A DNA stretch of 64,000 bases from the human T2T-CHM13v2.0 reference genome, Homo sapiens. The stretch lies in the NCBI RefSeq assembly GCF_009914755.1, contig NC_060936.1; one strand, 5' to 3'. Made by a program: the position numbers and the translations under genes. This document shows positions 49,206 to 61,172 of this stretch, in pieces. Position 1 is the first letter of the stretch, and the number at the start of each line of letters is the position of its first letter. The notes below the pieces were generated by a model. The model was given only the letters and a program-made list of their open reading frames with translations, did not search any database and was not told the origin of the DNA.

Positions 49206-51345
49206 AATAGGTGTCAAACCCAGGATTAGAACTCACATCTGCCAGACCACAGGGCCTGCCCTCTTCTCACTACACCACACCCTCTCTCCATTGACTTCCT
49301 GTTTCTCTGACCCCTGATTTCCAGGAGGAAAAACCAAGTGTGCTCACTGTTGTTTTTTGTACCCATCTCCCCACCCACCCACCTCCTTGCACAAGAGCTG
49401 CCCTCAGCAGGAACCCAGGGCTGGAATCTGAGGACCCATGAAAGCAGAACCGATTCTGACATTCTGCCTGGATAGCAGCTGACCTCCCTGCTGAGTCAGC
49501 CGCTGGTACTTCCAACATTGCCAGAGACTGTCTATGGTGAAGACAGTGAGGCCCAGGGCACTCTCCACCAGCAGAGCCCAAGACCTCTCCTTGGGGCCAG
49601 ACATGGAGGCAAGAGACTAGCCCAAATGACATTTTCCAGTCTGGGAACCCAAGATCACAAGGCACCAGACACCCAGATGTGCAAAGGCCAATTTCAAAGC
49701 TCACTGTCCCAAAAATAAAAATAGAAATGCCTTCACTGAACTGACCACGTGCTGTACTCAGTGCTTGATGGATATGGACTCATTTAATCTCACCATAACC
49801 CTGACAGGCAGGTACTCATAGCATGCCCACCTTATGAATGAGGAAGCTGAGGGGCTCAGGAGGTTAAAGTTCAGAGCTGGGATCTCAACTCTGGAGCACT
49901 TGGATCTGGGATCTATCATCACCACAGTGTGCTACCAGCCAACGTCACCCAGACGTCAACATTTCTTTCTCTGATAGCACCACGTAGAATTACTGCCTCT
50001 TGATTCCATCTGACAGTGCAAGGATTTCTACTTTTTCTCATTCATACCTGTGTCCATTGCTGCAAAAATCTAGAGGTTCTAAAAAGAAATAACTGGTTTC
50101 GTGCTATCGCCTGAAACCAGCATGTCCTGAGTCCGGCGGCAGCTCAAAGTGGCTGCCAATAACAGGGGCTCCTCACTGCATCTCAGTCCTGGCCTACGGC
50201 CACCTCCTCAGCAGGGGCTATGGAAAAAGTGCTGGGCTGGAAGCCAGGTGTTTCAAGTCCTAATCTGGCCAAATGATCTTGGGAATGTCACGTAACCAAT
50301 CAGGGCCTCACTTTCCTCATCTCTCAAATGGGTTCCACAAGGATAGGAATCCTGTCTTTCCATCGTTCTTGCCCTGTGGAGAGCCAGACGTGTAGTAGAT
50401 GCTAATAAATGTTTGTTGAGTGAATTAATAAAAGTATATGTTACAAGTTTGTCTCTCCTCCCCTGAGGGCCTCAAAGACAGGAAGCAGGTCTGATTCATC
50501 TCATTTTCTCACAGTGCTGCAGCTGTTACTCCCACATGCATTTATTCACACAGGAAAGTGCTCCCAGGCACCCACTATGTGGCCAGCCCAGTTGAAGCCT
50601 CAGTGTCTTCCAGGACCACACAACACCCTCATGCACTGTCCCTTCTCTTTTACACAGCCAGTGGCTGTAATACTTGGTCACACTGTACTTCTTCACCCCA
50701 GGACCTAGGACAACCACCCAGCTGCCTTACAGTCAGCAGCCTTGGCCCATTCTGGGGAGTTTGAGCATGATTCCTGAGCTTTCACTTCCCTCATGCCCAG
50801 CCCTGGGGGAGCCCAGCCCAAGGAAAATCCCGACTCTAACCACACCATGTACACGTACATGAACACCAACATTCAAATGTGCAGTGGGGCCCTAGGACAG
50901 GAATAAGATGTTTTTCGTTCAAATCCCATTCTTTTGCTATGAGCTGTGTGACCTTAGGCAAGTCCCTTTAGCTCTCTGAGCCTCATTTTATTCACCTATA
51001 AAATGGGGATGATAGTCCTGAGGCCTTTCCATGTAGGCTTGTAGGGAGATTCAAGTAGATAATGGATATAAATACCTTTGGCTTAATAACCCGCAGCATG
51101 TTCTATCAAACCATTATTCTTATTTCCTTTTTCCAGGGGGAAAAGAGAATGGCAGTTGCCTATGTTTCAGAAAAATCCATGTTTAGGGGCCTGGAGTCTG
51201 GAAATTTACTTAGTATATTTGATGGGAATTACCTTGAGGATAGGTGATGTTGTGAGTCCAACATCACCATGTTAACTAAGATTGACTAATGGAAATGTAG
51301 ACTTAGAATCAAAGAATGGAAGCAACCCAAGAGGTCACCACATTT

Positions 51346-51775
51346 GTGACAGAGACAGGTAGCTGTCCACAAAAATTCATTCTCCCTGTCCACAATACAC
51401 GACTGTGGCTGGGAAAGAGCTGCTCTTTGCCAAGAACCTCATATCCTTGTAACTCCATGTCCTGGCCTCCTTTGCAACTAGATTGGCCACATGATAGTTC
51501 TCATGTGAGTGGAAGTCATGTCTGCTGCTTCCAGGCCAAAGCAGATAAGCAAATATGCCACCTCCATACTTTCTTTTGTCTTGTGCACCTGGCTGCAGAC
51601 AATGAGGATATCTGAGGAGAGAGTGGGACCACCAGATGAGTCACTGAAGTACCATGAGGAAGAGGACCACCCTCCATTCAGAAATACTTGCCTTATAATA
51701 AAGCTCTGCTTTGCTTCAGCCCTTATGCCTTTGGGGACCTATTTGTTACTGCAGCTACTACCCTAGCTGATATAC
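51346..51775 (+). mobile_element. MLT1J-like LTR
   Basis: tttgcaactagattggccacatgatagttct...tatttgttactgcagc. Confidence 0.6.
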
Positions 51776-52462
51776 CATTCGACCTCCTTATTTACAGATG
51801 AAATTATTGTGGCCAAAGAGTAAGAGTGCCTTGCCAAGGTCACACAGTAAGCTCAACAAATGTCTAGAACTTTGGTCTCTTAACTCCTTGGAGTAGAGGA
51901 GTTGCAGTTTCCTGCCTGCCCCATGGAGCTACAAAGATTCTTAGAGGCCCTTCAGCAACAAGAGTGAGATTTAGTGGCAGCCTGGAGTCTTCCACCTCTG
52001 TTTCAACAAGAATAACACCACCTTTATCTGTTTTCAAATTACACTTCCCCATAAGACTTTCATTTGTGGAAAGGATTCTGCAACTGAAAATAATTTCAAA
52101 GCCTCCATGCTGGGGGATTGCTAACACGATCTGACTTTCTGTGGTACTATAAGACAAAGTTTCGCTTCTTCTCTGCCAAACCTTCTGGCCTCAACTGCTG
52201 ACACGGAACATGTGGATTCACAGAAGTACATGAATATTTGCTTAGAAGGGAAAAAAGAAACCTTATTGTGCAGCAAAGAACCCAAGACCCCAGTGTGAAC
52301 AAAGGGCAAAAAGGAAAGACTTTTAAGCACTCTAGGTTGGTAGTTCTCAAGTTTTGGGGTGCATCTGAATGACCTGGGGTGCTGGTTCAACATGCAGACA
52401 CTGAAGCCTCATCCACAGAGATTCTGATTTCCAAACTGAAGCTTTAAGAAACACTCACAATT

Positions 52463-52793
<331 letters not shown>

Positions 52794-54399
52794 CTAGAGA
52801 TTGCACTTTGAGAAGCTCTGAGTCTACTTCATAGCCTCGCAACTGGCGGTAATGTCTGCACCCATGTGGTGTAGCTCAAAGAGAATGAAATAAGCTTTTG
52901 GTTTTCTTGTACATCAGTGGGAATAAGAGCATTAATAATCCACTAAAGAAATCAATAATAATTTCCATTTGGCTCAGATGAGTGTCACAGGTATAGACAG
53001 GCACAGTGGAATAGAAATGATCATCAGAACAATAGCTAATGTTTATAGAGACCTTATTTTACAACAAATCCTCTGCTTACAGCTTTACTTGTATGATCTC
53101 ATTTACTCTTTAGAATAATCTTATGAGGCAGTTACTGATCATATTCCCATTTTATAGATGAGGAAACTCAGGCACAAAGATGAGGAATAACTGATTCCAT
53201 GTCACTCAGTTGGCAGGTGGCAGGCCAATTCAAGCCCACCCCCAGAGTGATAATAATATCAAATAATATCATCCTTATTTACAGATGATATTATTGTGGC
53301 CAGAGAGTGGGAGTACCTTGCCTAAGACCAAGGTGCCCCTTCTTGCACAATGTTCTACTCCCTTTTGTGGGGAGGTCTAGCATCAGAACTCTCCAGGCTT
53401 CTGTTTCCTAATCTGTAAAATGGGCATGTTAATAGTACCTTCATCATGTGGCCATGGTGAGGATTTGATAAAATCATCTCGAGAAAGTGGTTTGCAAACT
53501 GAGAGGAGTTATTAGGTAAACATCTAAGAGATGGGACTTCAGTCCAACTTCCCCCACCCCATTTTACAGATGGTGAAACTGACACCTGGTTACTTTATTT
53601 ATTCCATGAACAATGACCCTAATATATGCTAGTTCTTGTGCAGGGGACTGAGGATGCAGAAAAAAAGTAATATCCCAGATCTGGCCTCTAGGGGCCTCCC
53701 GGCTAGAAGGAGAGACAGACAAGATGACTGGTCATTAGAACACGGTGTGGTAGGAGCCGTGATAAGGGAGGGATAGGCCCTGGGAGAGCCTAGCAGACAA
53801 GCCCTGACCCAGTGCGGGTAGGGGACTTCTCAGAACAAGTCAAGCCAGAGAAAGGCATGACTTGCCCAAAGTTAAGGTTATCTGTTCCCTGAAGTTTTGG
53901 GGGAGTCCAAAGAAGGCCCCTGTGCATCAAGAGATAACTCTCCTGTGGACCTCCCAAGTGTATGACACATCATCATTTGAGTGCCACTGGTTTAGGTTAA
54001 AGAAAAGGCCAAGCTGCCTCCTCCTGCACCAGAGGCCTGAATGACCCAGTCACACTCACCTCAGCAGCCAAGGCATTTAGAGGAATCTTACCTTCAAACC
54101 AGTTTGGAAGGGGCAGGAGATACAGCAAGAACCACAGAGAAGATTGGTCTTGAGAAGGAGGTAGGGGATGCAAAAGGGAAGTTGAGGGCTTTCCCTAATA
54201 GAAAAAGAAAGACTCAGAACCTGGACGTTCAGGCGTGTGACCTCAGACCAGTGATCTGGCATCTCTGAACCGCACAGGTCTGAGTGATTGGGCTTATATC
54301 AAGTAGTAGTTCCCTGATGTTGTAATGCTTATAATTTTGCCAAAGCTGGCTTGCCCATTTAAAATGGGCTATTCTGAAGACAGAGGAGGGAGTGGAATA

Positions 54400-55010
54400 T
54401 TTTCAACAGAGAGTGCCGGCAAAGGTTTTGTGTCCTTTATATACAAAGAACCCTTAGATATCAATTGGAAAAAGATAAACATGCCCCCAGAGGAGAAAAA
54501 AATGGGAACAGACTTGAACAGGAGAGTCAGACTAGAAATGTGAAAAATAAGTTTATAAAAGAGAATCAACACTAACAAAGAAATGAAATGCCTATTGAAG
54601 CATCTAGATATTATTCTCGACTTCACATCAGGGAAAGTTTAAGGGATGGGTAGCAACAAGGTGGGTTTAGTATGTGAGAATACTGTGCCCTGGTATAACA
54701 TCGTAGAGAGGTCAAGCTGCCACGGCCTTCCAGGGTGCAGTGTGACCAAAAGCTCAGAAGTCTTAAAAATAGGCAAACCTTAAATCTAGCAATTTCTAAA
54801 AGGTATTCATAAGACACACACACAAAGATGTCATACTAAATATTCATTGCAGCACTGTTCTAATAAAAAAAAAGAAGCAAATCTATTATGGAAAAGTCAA
54901 ATAATCTTAAGATAGCCTTTCTATGCAGCCATGAAAAATGTATATTGGAAGAATATAGGTGATATGGAAAAAAGTTCACAATCTGTGGTTAAGCAGGTTA
55001 CCAAACTAGA
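54400..55010 (+). mobile_element. Degraded L1ME fragments
   Basis: aaaatgggaacagacttgaacagg, atctagcaatttcta, tattcattgcagcactgtt. Confidence 0.55.
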
Positions 55011-55224
55011 TGTGGAAATCCACATTCATATATTTAGTTGTGTATCCTTGCTATTTCTTTAAACAATGAACATGCATTACTTTTGACATCTGAAAATAAT
55101 AACAAAACTCTTCCTTTTAACAAATATGAAATTATAAAAAGAAACAAACTTTTCTCTCTGTTAGTATTCATTCCCCTTCCCTGGCCCCCCTCAGAAGACA
55201 CCCAAGGCAAGTGTGTGATGATAC

Positions 55225-55540
55225 CTTCCCTCTGGTCTCTGCCCGGAAGGTCTTCCTGAGGGTTCCCTGTGACTGCAGGCCACTCGAGGCTGTTGGGGAG
55301 ACTTGCACACCCTGGCTTCTTTCTGCCAATCACAGGCTCCTCTGGCTGTGGCTGTTTGCCCAGAAAGCAGTTCATTCATTTGTTCATTCAAGATCCCCCT
55401 CTGAACCCCCAGAGCGCCGCAGCTGGAACACCCCTATCACCCGGAGGCTTCCCAGGGAGCCTGCTCTGTCCTGAGCTCCCTGCTGGCCGCCGGGGCTGCT
55501 TCCCTGAATGGGACTGGGACAGAACTCAGCCAGAGAAACA
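55225..55540 (-). other. CMKLR1: CMKLR1 exon 1 (non-coding; TSS approximate)
   Basis: Lies next to the most CpG-rich region of the window. Donor GGAAG|gtatca at 55225/55224. Sequence recalled as the start of CMKLR1 mRNA. Confidence 0.7.
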
Positions 55541-55830
55541 GCTGGAGGGAGGAGAGCAGGAGGGAGGGGCAGGAAACTGGGCTGACCTAGGGCGGGGGCG
55601 GCTAGCTGCGTGGAGAGGGGGCTGCGAGGGGAGGGTGCCCCTACCAGCCGGGGACTGGGCTTGTGGGTGGCGGCGGGGGCCCGCTGGGGACGACCCGCCC
55701 CTCTGGCAGCCTCTTGCAGCCGGGGAGCCGTGCCCACTGAGCGCAAACAGGGAGCACATCTGAGCACCCGGCTGCTGGGGGAAGTGCAAGCGCCTCTGCT
55801 CCCGGTGAGGGGCTCAAGCTCCACACTGAC
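55400..55830 (-). promoter_or_regulatory. CMKLR1 TATA-less GC-rich promoter (small CpG-rich patch)
   Basis: Local CpG cluster; overlapping GC boxes GGGCGGGGGCGG 55590-55601; ETS core CAGGAAAC 55570-55577; PU.1-like GGGGAAGTG 55778-55786. Confidence 0.75.
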
Positions 55831-56654
55831 CGAGAGATTGGCTGCCTCTCACCCTGGGCCTTTGCAACGCTGTTCCTCCCACCTGGATGCTATTCCTGCC
55901 CTAATTCGTGGCCCGATGGTCTCCTACTGCCTCTTCAGGTCTCAGGTTGAAGGTCACCTCCCAGGGAAGCCTTCCCCAACCCTCGGGGGCTGCTGTGCCC
56001 CTCAGGGTCACCCCATCACCTCACTGATGCAGTGCTGTCCTTGCCTGTTAAGATGTCTCTCTCCTTGCACCGAGAACTCCTTGCACCAGGAACTCTGTAG
56101 GGAAAGAACTGTATTCTGTTCCCTGCCCTAACCAGGCGCTAAGTGCCTGGTTCATCGGCTGTGTGGTCACCATCATTAGTGGAATAATCAAAACAACCCA
56201 CAGCCAGGCAGCGTGCTAGGCGATGCGTACTTACTCTTCACGGCAACCCTAGATAACAGGAATTATTACTACTCCAGTCTTACCAATAAGGAAACTGGGG
56301 TACAGAGAGATTAAGTCACTTGCTCAAGACCACACCGCCAGCAGCTGACAGAGCTGGGATTCCAACTATGTTGTCTGGCTCGGAGGCCCACCCTTGGCCT
56401 CCAGACTGAAGAAATAACAGAAGTGCCCATGTGGGCCCCTGTGCCAAGTGCTTCCATGGAGTAAGCCGTGTGAACCACCACCCACGTCGGGGGGGCATCA
56501 CTTGCCCATTCTACACATGAGGATGCTAGGGCCACAGAGCAGAAGTCGTTTTGCCCAGGGCGCCAAGCTCATGCTGACCGAGCCATGGCTGGATCTGAGT
56601 CTGTCTGATTCCAAAGCCAAGACTGCCTACGACTGCCTAAAATAATATTTTTAG

Positions 56655-56810
56655 AAAGAAAAAGAAAAGGGAAGGGCAGGGGAGGGGAAGAGAGGGGAAG
56701 GGAGGAGAAGAAAGAAAGGAAGAAAAGGGAGGGCAGGGAGGAAGGTAATGGGGAGGAGGGGAAGGTGAAGGGAGAGGGAGATGGGGAGGGAGGGAGAGAA
56801 GGAGAGAAAC
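56655..56810. repeat. GA-rich polypurine low-complexity tract
   Basis: Visible directly. Confidence 0.8.
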
Positions 56811-57189
56811 CTGTGTTTTGGGCCTCAAAGTCTTGGGCAGGTGGAGGACTATGTCCTCATCGTCTGATCAGCCTTAGAACCCCACCAACCTCTCCCCACC
56901 ATCCTCAATCCTTTAATTCAGTGAGCTTTACACTTAGAAACCATCTAATTTCATTCTTCCATTTCACAGATAACTTGAAGCCCAGAGAGATTGAGTCTCT
57001 TGCCTGAAGTCACACAGGTCTCTATAGTCAGAAGTCAGGCCCAGTCTACCCAACTGTCTTCCTTGCTCTCTTCTTCTTTGGGCTTATCTACGGAACAAAA
57101 CATCATATCCAAACACTTACTGTACAGATGAGAACACTGAACCCAGAGGAGGCAAGGGACTCACCCAAGGTCACCCAGAAGTTAGTAAT

Positions 57190-57553
57190 TGTATTGGTCC
57201 GTTCTCACACTGCTGTGAAGAAATACCCAAGACTGGGTAATTTATAAAGAAAAAAGGTTTAATTGACTCACATTTTCACATAGCAGGGGAGGCCTCAGGA
57301 AACTTACAATCATGATGGAAGGTACCTCTTCACAGGGTGGCAGGAGAGACAATGAGTGCCAGGCAAAGGGGGAAGCCTCTTATAAAACCATCAGATTTCA
57401 TGAGAACTCACTCACTATCATGAGAACAGGATGGGGGGAAAACCACCCCCATGTTCAATTACCTCCCACCTGGTCCCTCCCATGACTCGTGAGGATTATG
57501 GAATTCCAATTCAAGATGAGATTTGGGTCGGGACACAAAGCCAAATCATGTCA
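57190..57553 (-). mobile_element. THE1C-like MaLR LTR
   Basis: tgtattggtccgttctcacactgct...gggaggcctcaggaaacttacaatcatg...gggacacaaagccaaatcatgtca. Confidence 0.88.
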
Positions 57554-57629
57554 TTCCCCAGGTTCTCCTGGTGAAAGGAGAGGATATTTCCATAACATGG
57601 CAGGGATCTTGTATATCACCATCTAATAG

Positions 57630-57815
57630 AGACCAGAGGTTCCTAAAGTCTAGTTTCCATACCAACCCCAGCAGCCTCACCCAGAAGTTTGTTAGAAACA
57701 CAAACCCTTGGGCCTCACTGCAGACCTTGGCAATCAGAGACTCCAGGAAGCCATCTGGGTTTTAAGAAGCCCTCCAGGGGATTCTGATGCTTGCTCAAGT
57801 TTGAGATCCACTGAC
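57630..57815. mobile_element. MER5A hAT-Charlie element
   Basis: aagccctccaggggattctgatgcttgctcaagtttgagatccactg. Confidence 0.75.
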
Positions 57816-58014
57816 ATAGGCATTTCAATTAGGAATCCATTGAAATGGGCCCTGGAACAAGTCACCTTGCCAATGCACAGAATAGTGGCTAAGAACAGAG
57901 GCTTTGATAGCAGACGGACCTGGTTTGAATTCCTGTCGCTGTCACTGTAAGCTGTGTGACTTGGGCAAGGCCTTTCACCTTTGGAGTCTCAGTTTCCTCA
58001 TCTGCTGTGGACAG

Positions 58015-58605
58015 TGGAAGAGGAAGAGGAGGAAGAGGGAAAGGGAGGAGGGAGAGGAAAAGAGGAGGAGGGAAAAAGGAGAGGAGGAGGAGGGAAAAAG
58101 GGAGGAGGAGGAGGAAAAAGGAGGGGCCAAGTAGAGGAGAGGGGAGGGGGAGGAGGAGGAGGGAAAGGGAGGAGGGATATGAAAAGAGGAGGAGGGAAGA
58201 GGAGCGGAGGAGGAGGGAAGAGAAAGAAAGGGGAGGAGGAGAGGGCGGGGGAGGAGGAGACGAGGAGGAGGGAGTAAGGAGGAGGAGGGAAAGGGAGGAA
58301 GGAGATGAAAAGAGGAGGAGGGAGGAAGAGAGGAGGAGGAGGGAAGAGGACGGGTCAAGGGGAGGAGAGGGGAGAGGGAGGAGGAGAAGAGGGGGAGGGG
58401 GTAAGGAGGAGGAGGGAAAGGGAGGAGGGAGATGAAAAGAGGAAAAAGAGGGAAGAGGAGAGGAGGAGGGAAGAGGAAGAAAGGGGAGGAGGGGGTCAGA
58501 AGGAGGAAGGGGGAAAGAGAAGAAGGGGAGGAAAGGGAGATAAAGGAGAGGGGAGGAGAAGAAGGAGTGGGGGAGAGGAGGGAGAGTGGGAGAGAAGAGA
58601 AGGAG
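58015..58605. repeat. ~590-bp (GGA/GAG)-rich polypurine tract with a ~126-bp internal period
   Basis: Nearly pure purine on plus; atgaaaagagg recurs at 58179, 58305 and 58432. Confidence 0.9.
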
Positions 58606-59909
58606 GCCAGAAGGCAGCCTTCGAGGAAGATCAAGCACACGGGTACTATGGAAGAGGAGCTGGGTAAATCCAGCCCGGGGATGGACTCCTGGACATGCCT
58701 CTTCCTCCCTGGAGGTGGCTGTGGCTGTGGCATGCCTCCCTCTGCCTCTGGCCTCCCAGCCAAACCTAGGCTCGGGTCTCATCAGCTAGGAGCCACAACT
58801 GGCAGAGCAAGGACACTGGTCCCCCAGCCAGCTGGGCCCCTGGGTGGCTGGCAGAGGAGGTGGGAACCCACAGCCCCACTGGGCCAGTGAGGAAGGCGTG
58901 GGGCTGCCTGGCTTATGACTCTCCACCTGGTGGCTGTGGGACAATCTGAAGCCACGGGCCTTTGGCCATCCCTTTTGAACAGGGCTGAACAGTTTGGCTT
59001 TTCTTTCTTGGAGCAAAAAGTGTTTGTTGTTGCTTGTGGGGGTTTTTATGCTTTTGTTTTAAAGAGGATTTTGAAATCTAAGGGCTGACCTGGGGATACT
59101 GGGACTTGAGAGAGAAGCAGTCTCCTCCAGGACCCTCAGAGAAACCTCTGTGTACACCCCTGGCAGCTCCACATAGAATCAGGATGGAGGGTCAAGCTTC
59201 CTTTTGAGGTCCAGCTCGGGTTGACTGGTTCTTGATTCCTGGAGCTCTGTGTTAAAGGGAATCTGAGGCCACATCCTGGCCTGGCTGCAAGGAACTCAGT
59301 GATCCGAGAGCAATGCCTGCCCTGGACCTGGAGTGGGAGGAGGGTTGCCTTTCTCATCCCATGCTGTCCTCCAACTAAACTCTGTCCCATTGGCGCAGGG
59401 TGGACTGGTTCAGCAGGGACTGGTTCCACCCCTACCACTCCCTCTCCTGGTACTGGCTGTGCCTAGTGTAATGGAGCTTATATCTCATTCCCAAGCCACT
59501 GGGTAGCTCCTTCCGGCAGATCTTTAGTGTTCACAGATTCCTAACACTCTACTTAAAGCTGAACGGTTTCCCCAGCCTCCCTGATCATCAGTGGCTAAAC
59601 TAGGCTCAGCAGAGAGGCTCCCAACCAAAGGAGGTCTTCAAAGATGCATCCTGCCACATGAAGGATCCTCTCTAAGTCCAAACTCTGCCTACTTTGGACT
59701 TTCTTTAAGGCATAGACAGGCCACATGGGAATGAGAGCTCCTCTATTTCAGCCAAAGATGGGCTGTGTGACCTTGGGGGACTCATATACGTTCTCTGGTT
59801 CATTCAGTGCTCAATAGATGCTTACTGGACCCCATCTCTGTGGCAGGCACAGGCTGGTGAACAAGACAGCCATGCCCTATGCTCAGGAAGCTGGCCTGCT
59901 GGAGAATTC

Positions 59910-60229
<320 letters not shown>

Positions 60230-60302
60230 TGAAACTCCCCATTTTAAATGAGATATGATGCTTTCTAAGAACCCCTTAATTACCAGGAAAGATTCTCAGG
60301 CA

Positions 60303-60608
60303 GGCTAGGCATGGTGCCTCACGCCTATAATCCCAGCATTTTGGGAGGCCAAGGCAGGACAATTGCTTGAGGCCAGGAGTTCAAGACCAGCCTGGCCAAC
60401 ATCGTGAAACCCTATCTCTGCTAAAAAAGATAATAGCGAAGCATGGCAGCACATGCCTGTAATCCCAGCTTTTTGGGAGGCTGAGGCAGGAGAATTGCTT
60501 GAACCAGGAGGTGGAGGTTGCAGTGAGACAAGATGGCACCACTGCACTCCAGCCTGGGCCACCACGCAAGACTCTGTCTTAAAAATAATAATAAAAATAA
60601 AAATAAAA
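60303..60608 (+). mobile_element. AluS/J
   Basis: Full Alu; TSD aaagattctcaggca. Confidence 0.9.
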
Positions 60609-60684
60609 GATTCTCAGGCAACTAACACGTCCTGAAGATGCAAGCAGCCTTTAAAAGAGCAGAGGGCAAAATAGGCTGGAAGAC

Positions 60685-61172
60685 TGTGACAGGCAGAATA
60701 ATGGTCCCCCAAGATACCCACATCCCAATCCACAGAACCCGAGAATATGTTACCTATGTTACCTTAGGTGGTAAAAGGGAAAGGATTTTGCAGATGTGAT
60801 TGAATTACAGATCTTGAGATGGGGAGATTAGCCTGGATCATACAGGCGAGCCCAGTGTCCTATTAAGAGTCCTATTAAGAGTAAGGCAGGAGATCAGGGC
60901 AGGGAGAAGGCAGTGGGGTGATGAAGGAAGCAGAGATTTACTGATGTGACCAGGAGCCAAGGAGTGTGGGCAGCCTGCAGACACCAGAAGAGGCAAAGAA
61001 CAGATTCTCCCCTGCAGCCTCCAAGAGGAACCAGCCCTACGAAAACTTTGATTTTAGCCCATGAGGCTCATTTTGGACTTCTGAGCTCCAGAACTGTAGG
61101 GATACAAATCTGTATTATTTTAAGCCACTAAGTTTGTGGTGATTTATTCTAGCAGCAGTAGAAATCTAATAC
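60685..61172 (+). mobile_element. MLT1D-like MaLR LTR
   Basis: tgtgacaggcagaataatggtcccccaagat...gcagtagaaatctaataca. Confidence 0.85.

Noticed and set aside
55269-56131. Several 146-173-aa ORFs around the promoter
   Set aside because: Expected from high GC content; no coding signature.
57889-58890. Long P/S/L-rich and R/G/E-rich ORFs (up to 297 aa)
   Set aside because: Artefacts of the polypurine tract, which lacks stop codons.
60857-60880. 12-bp tandem duplication gtcctattaaga
   Set aside because: Trivial slippage inside an MLT1D LTR.
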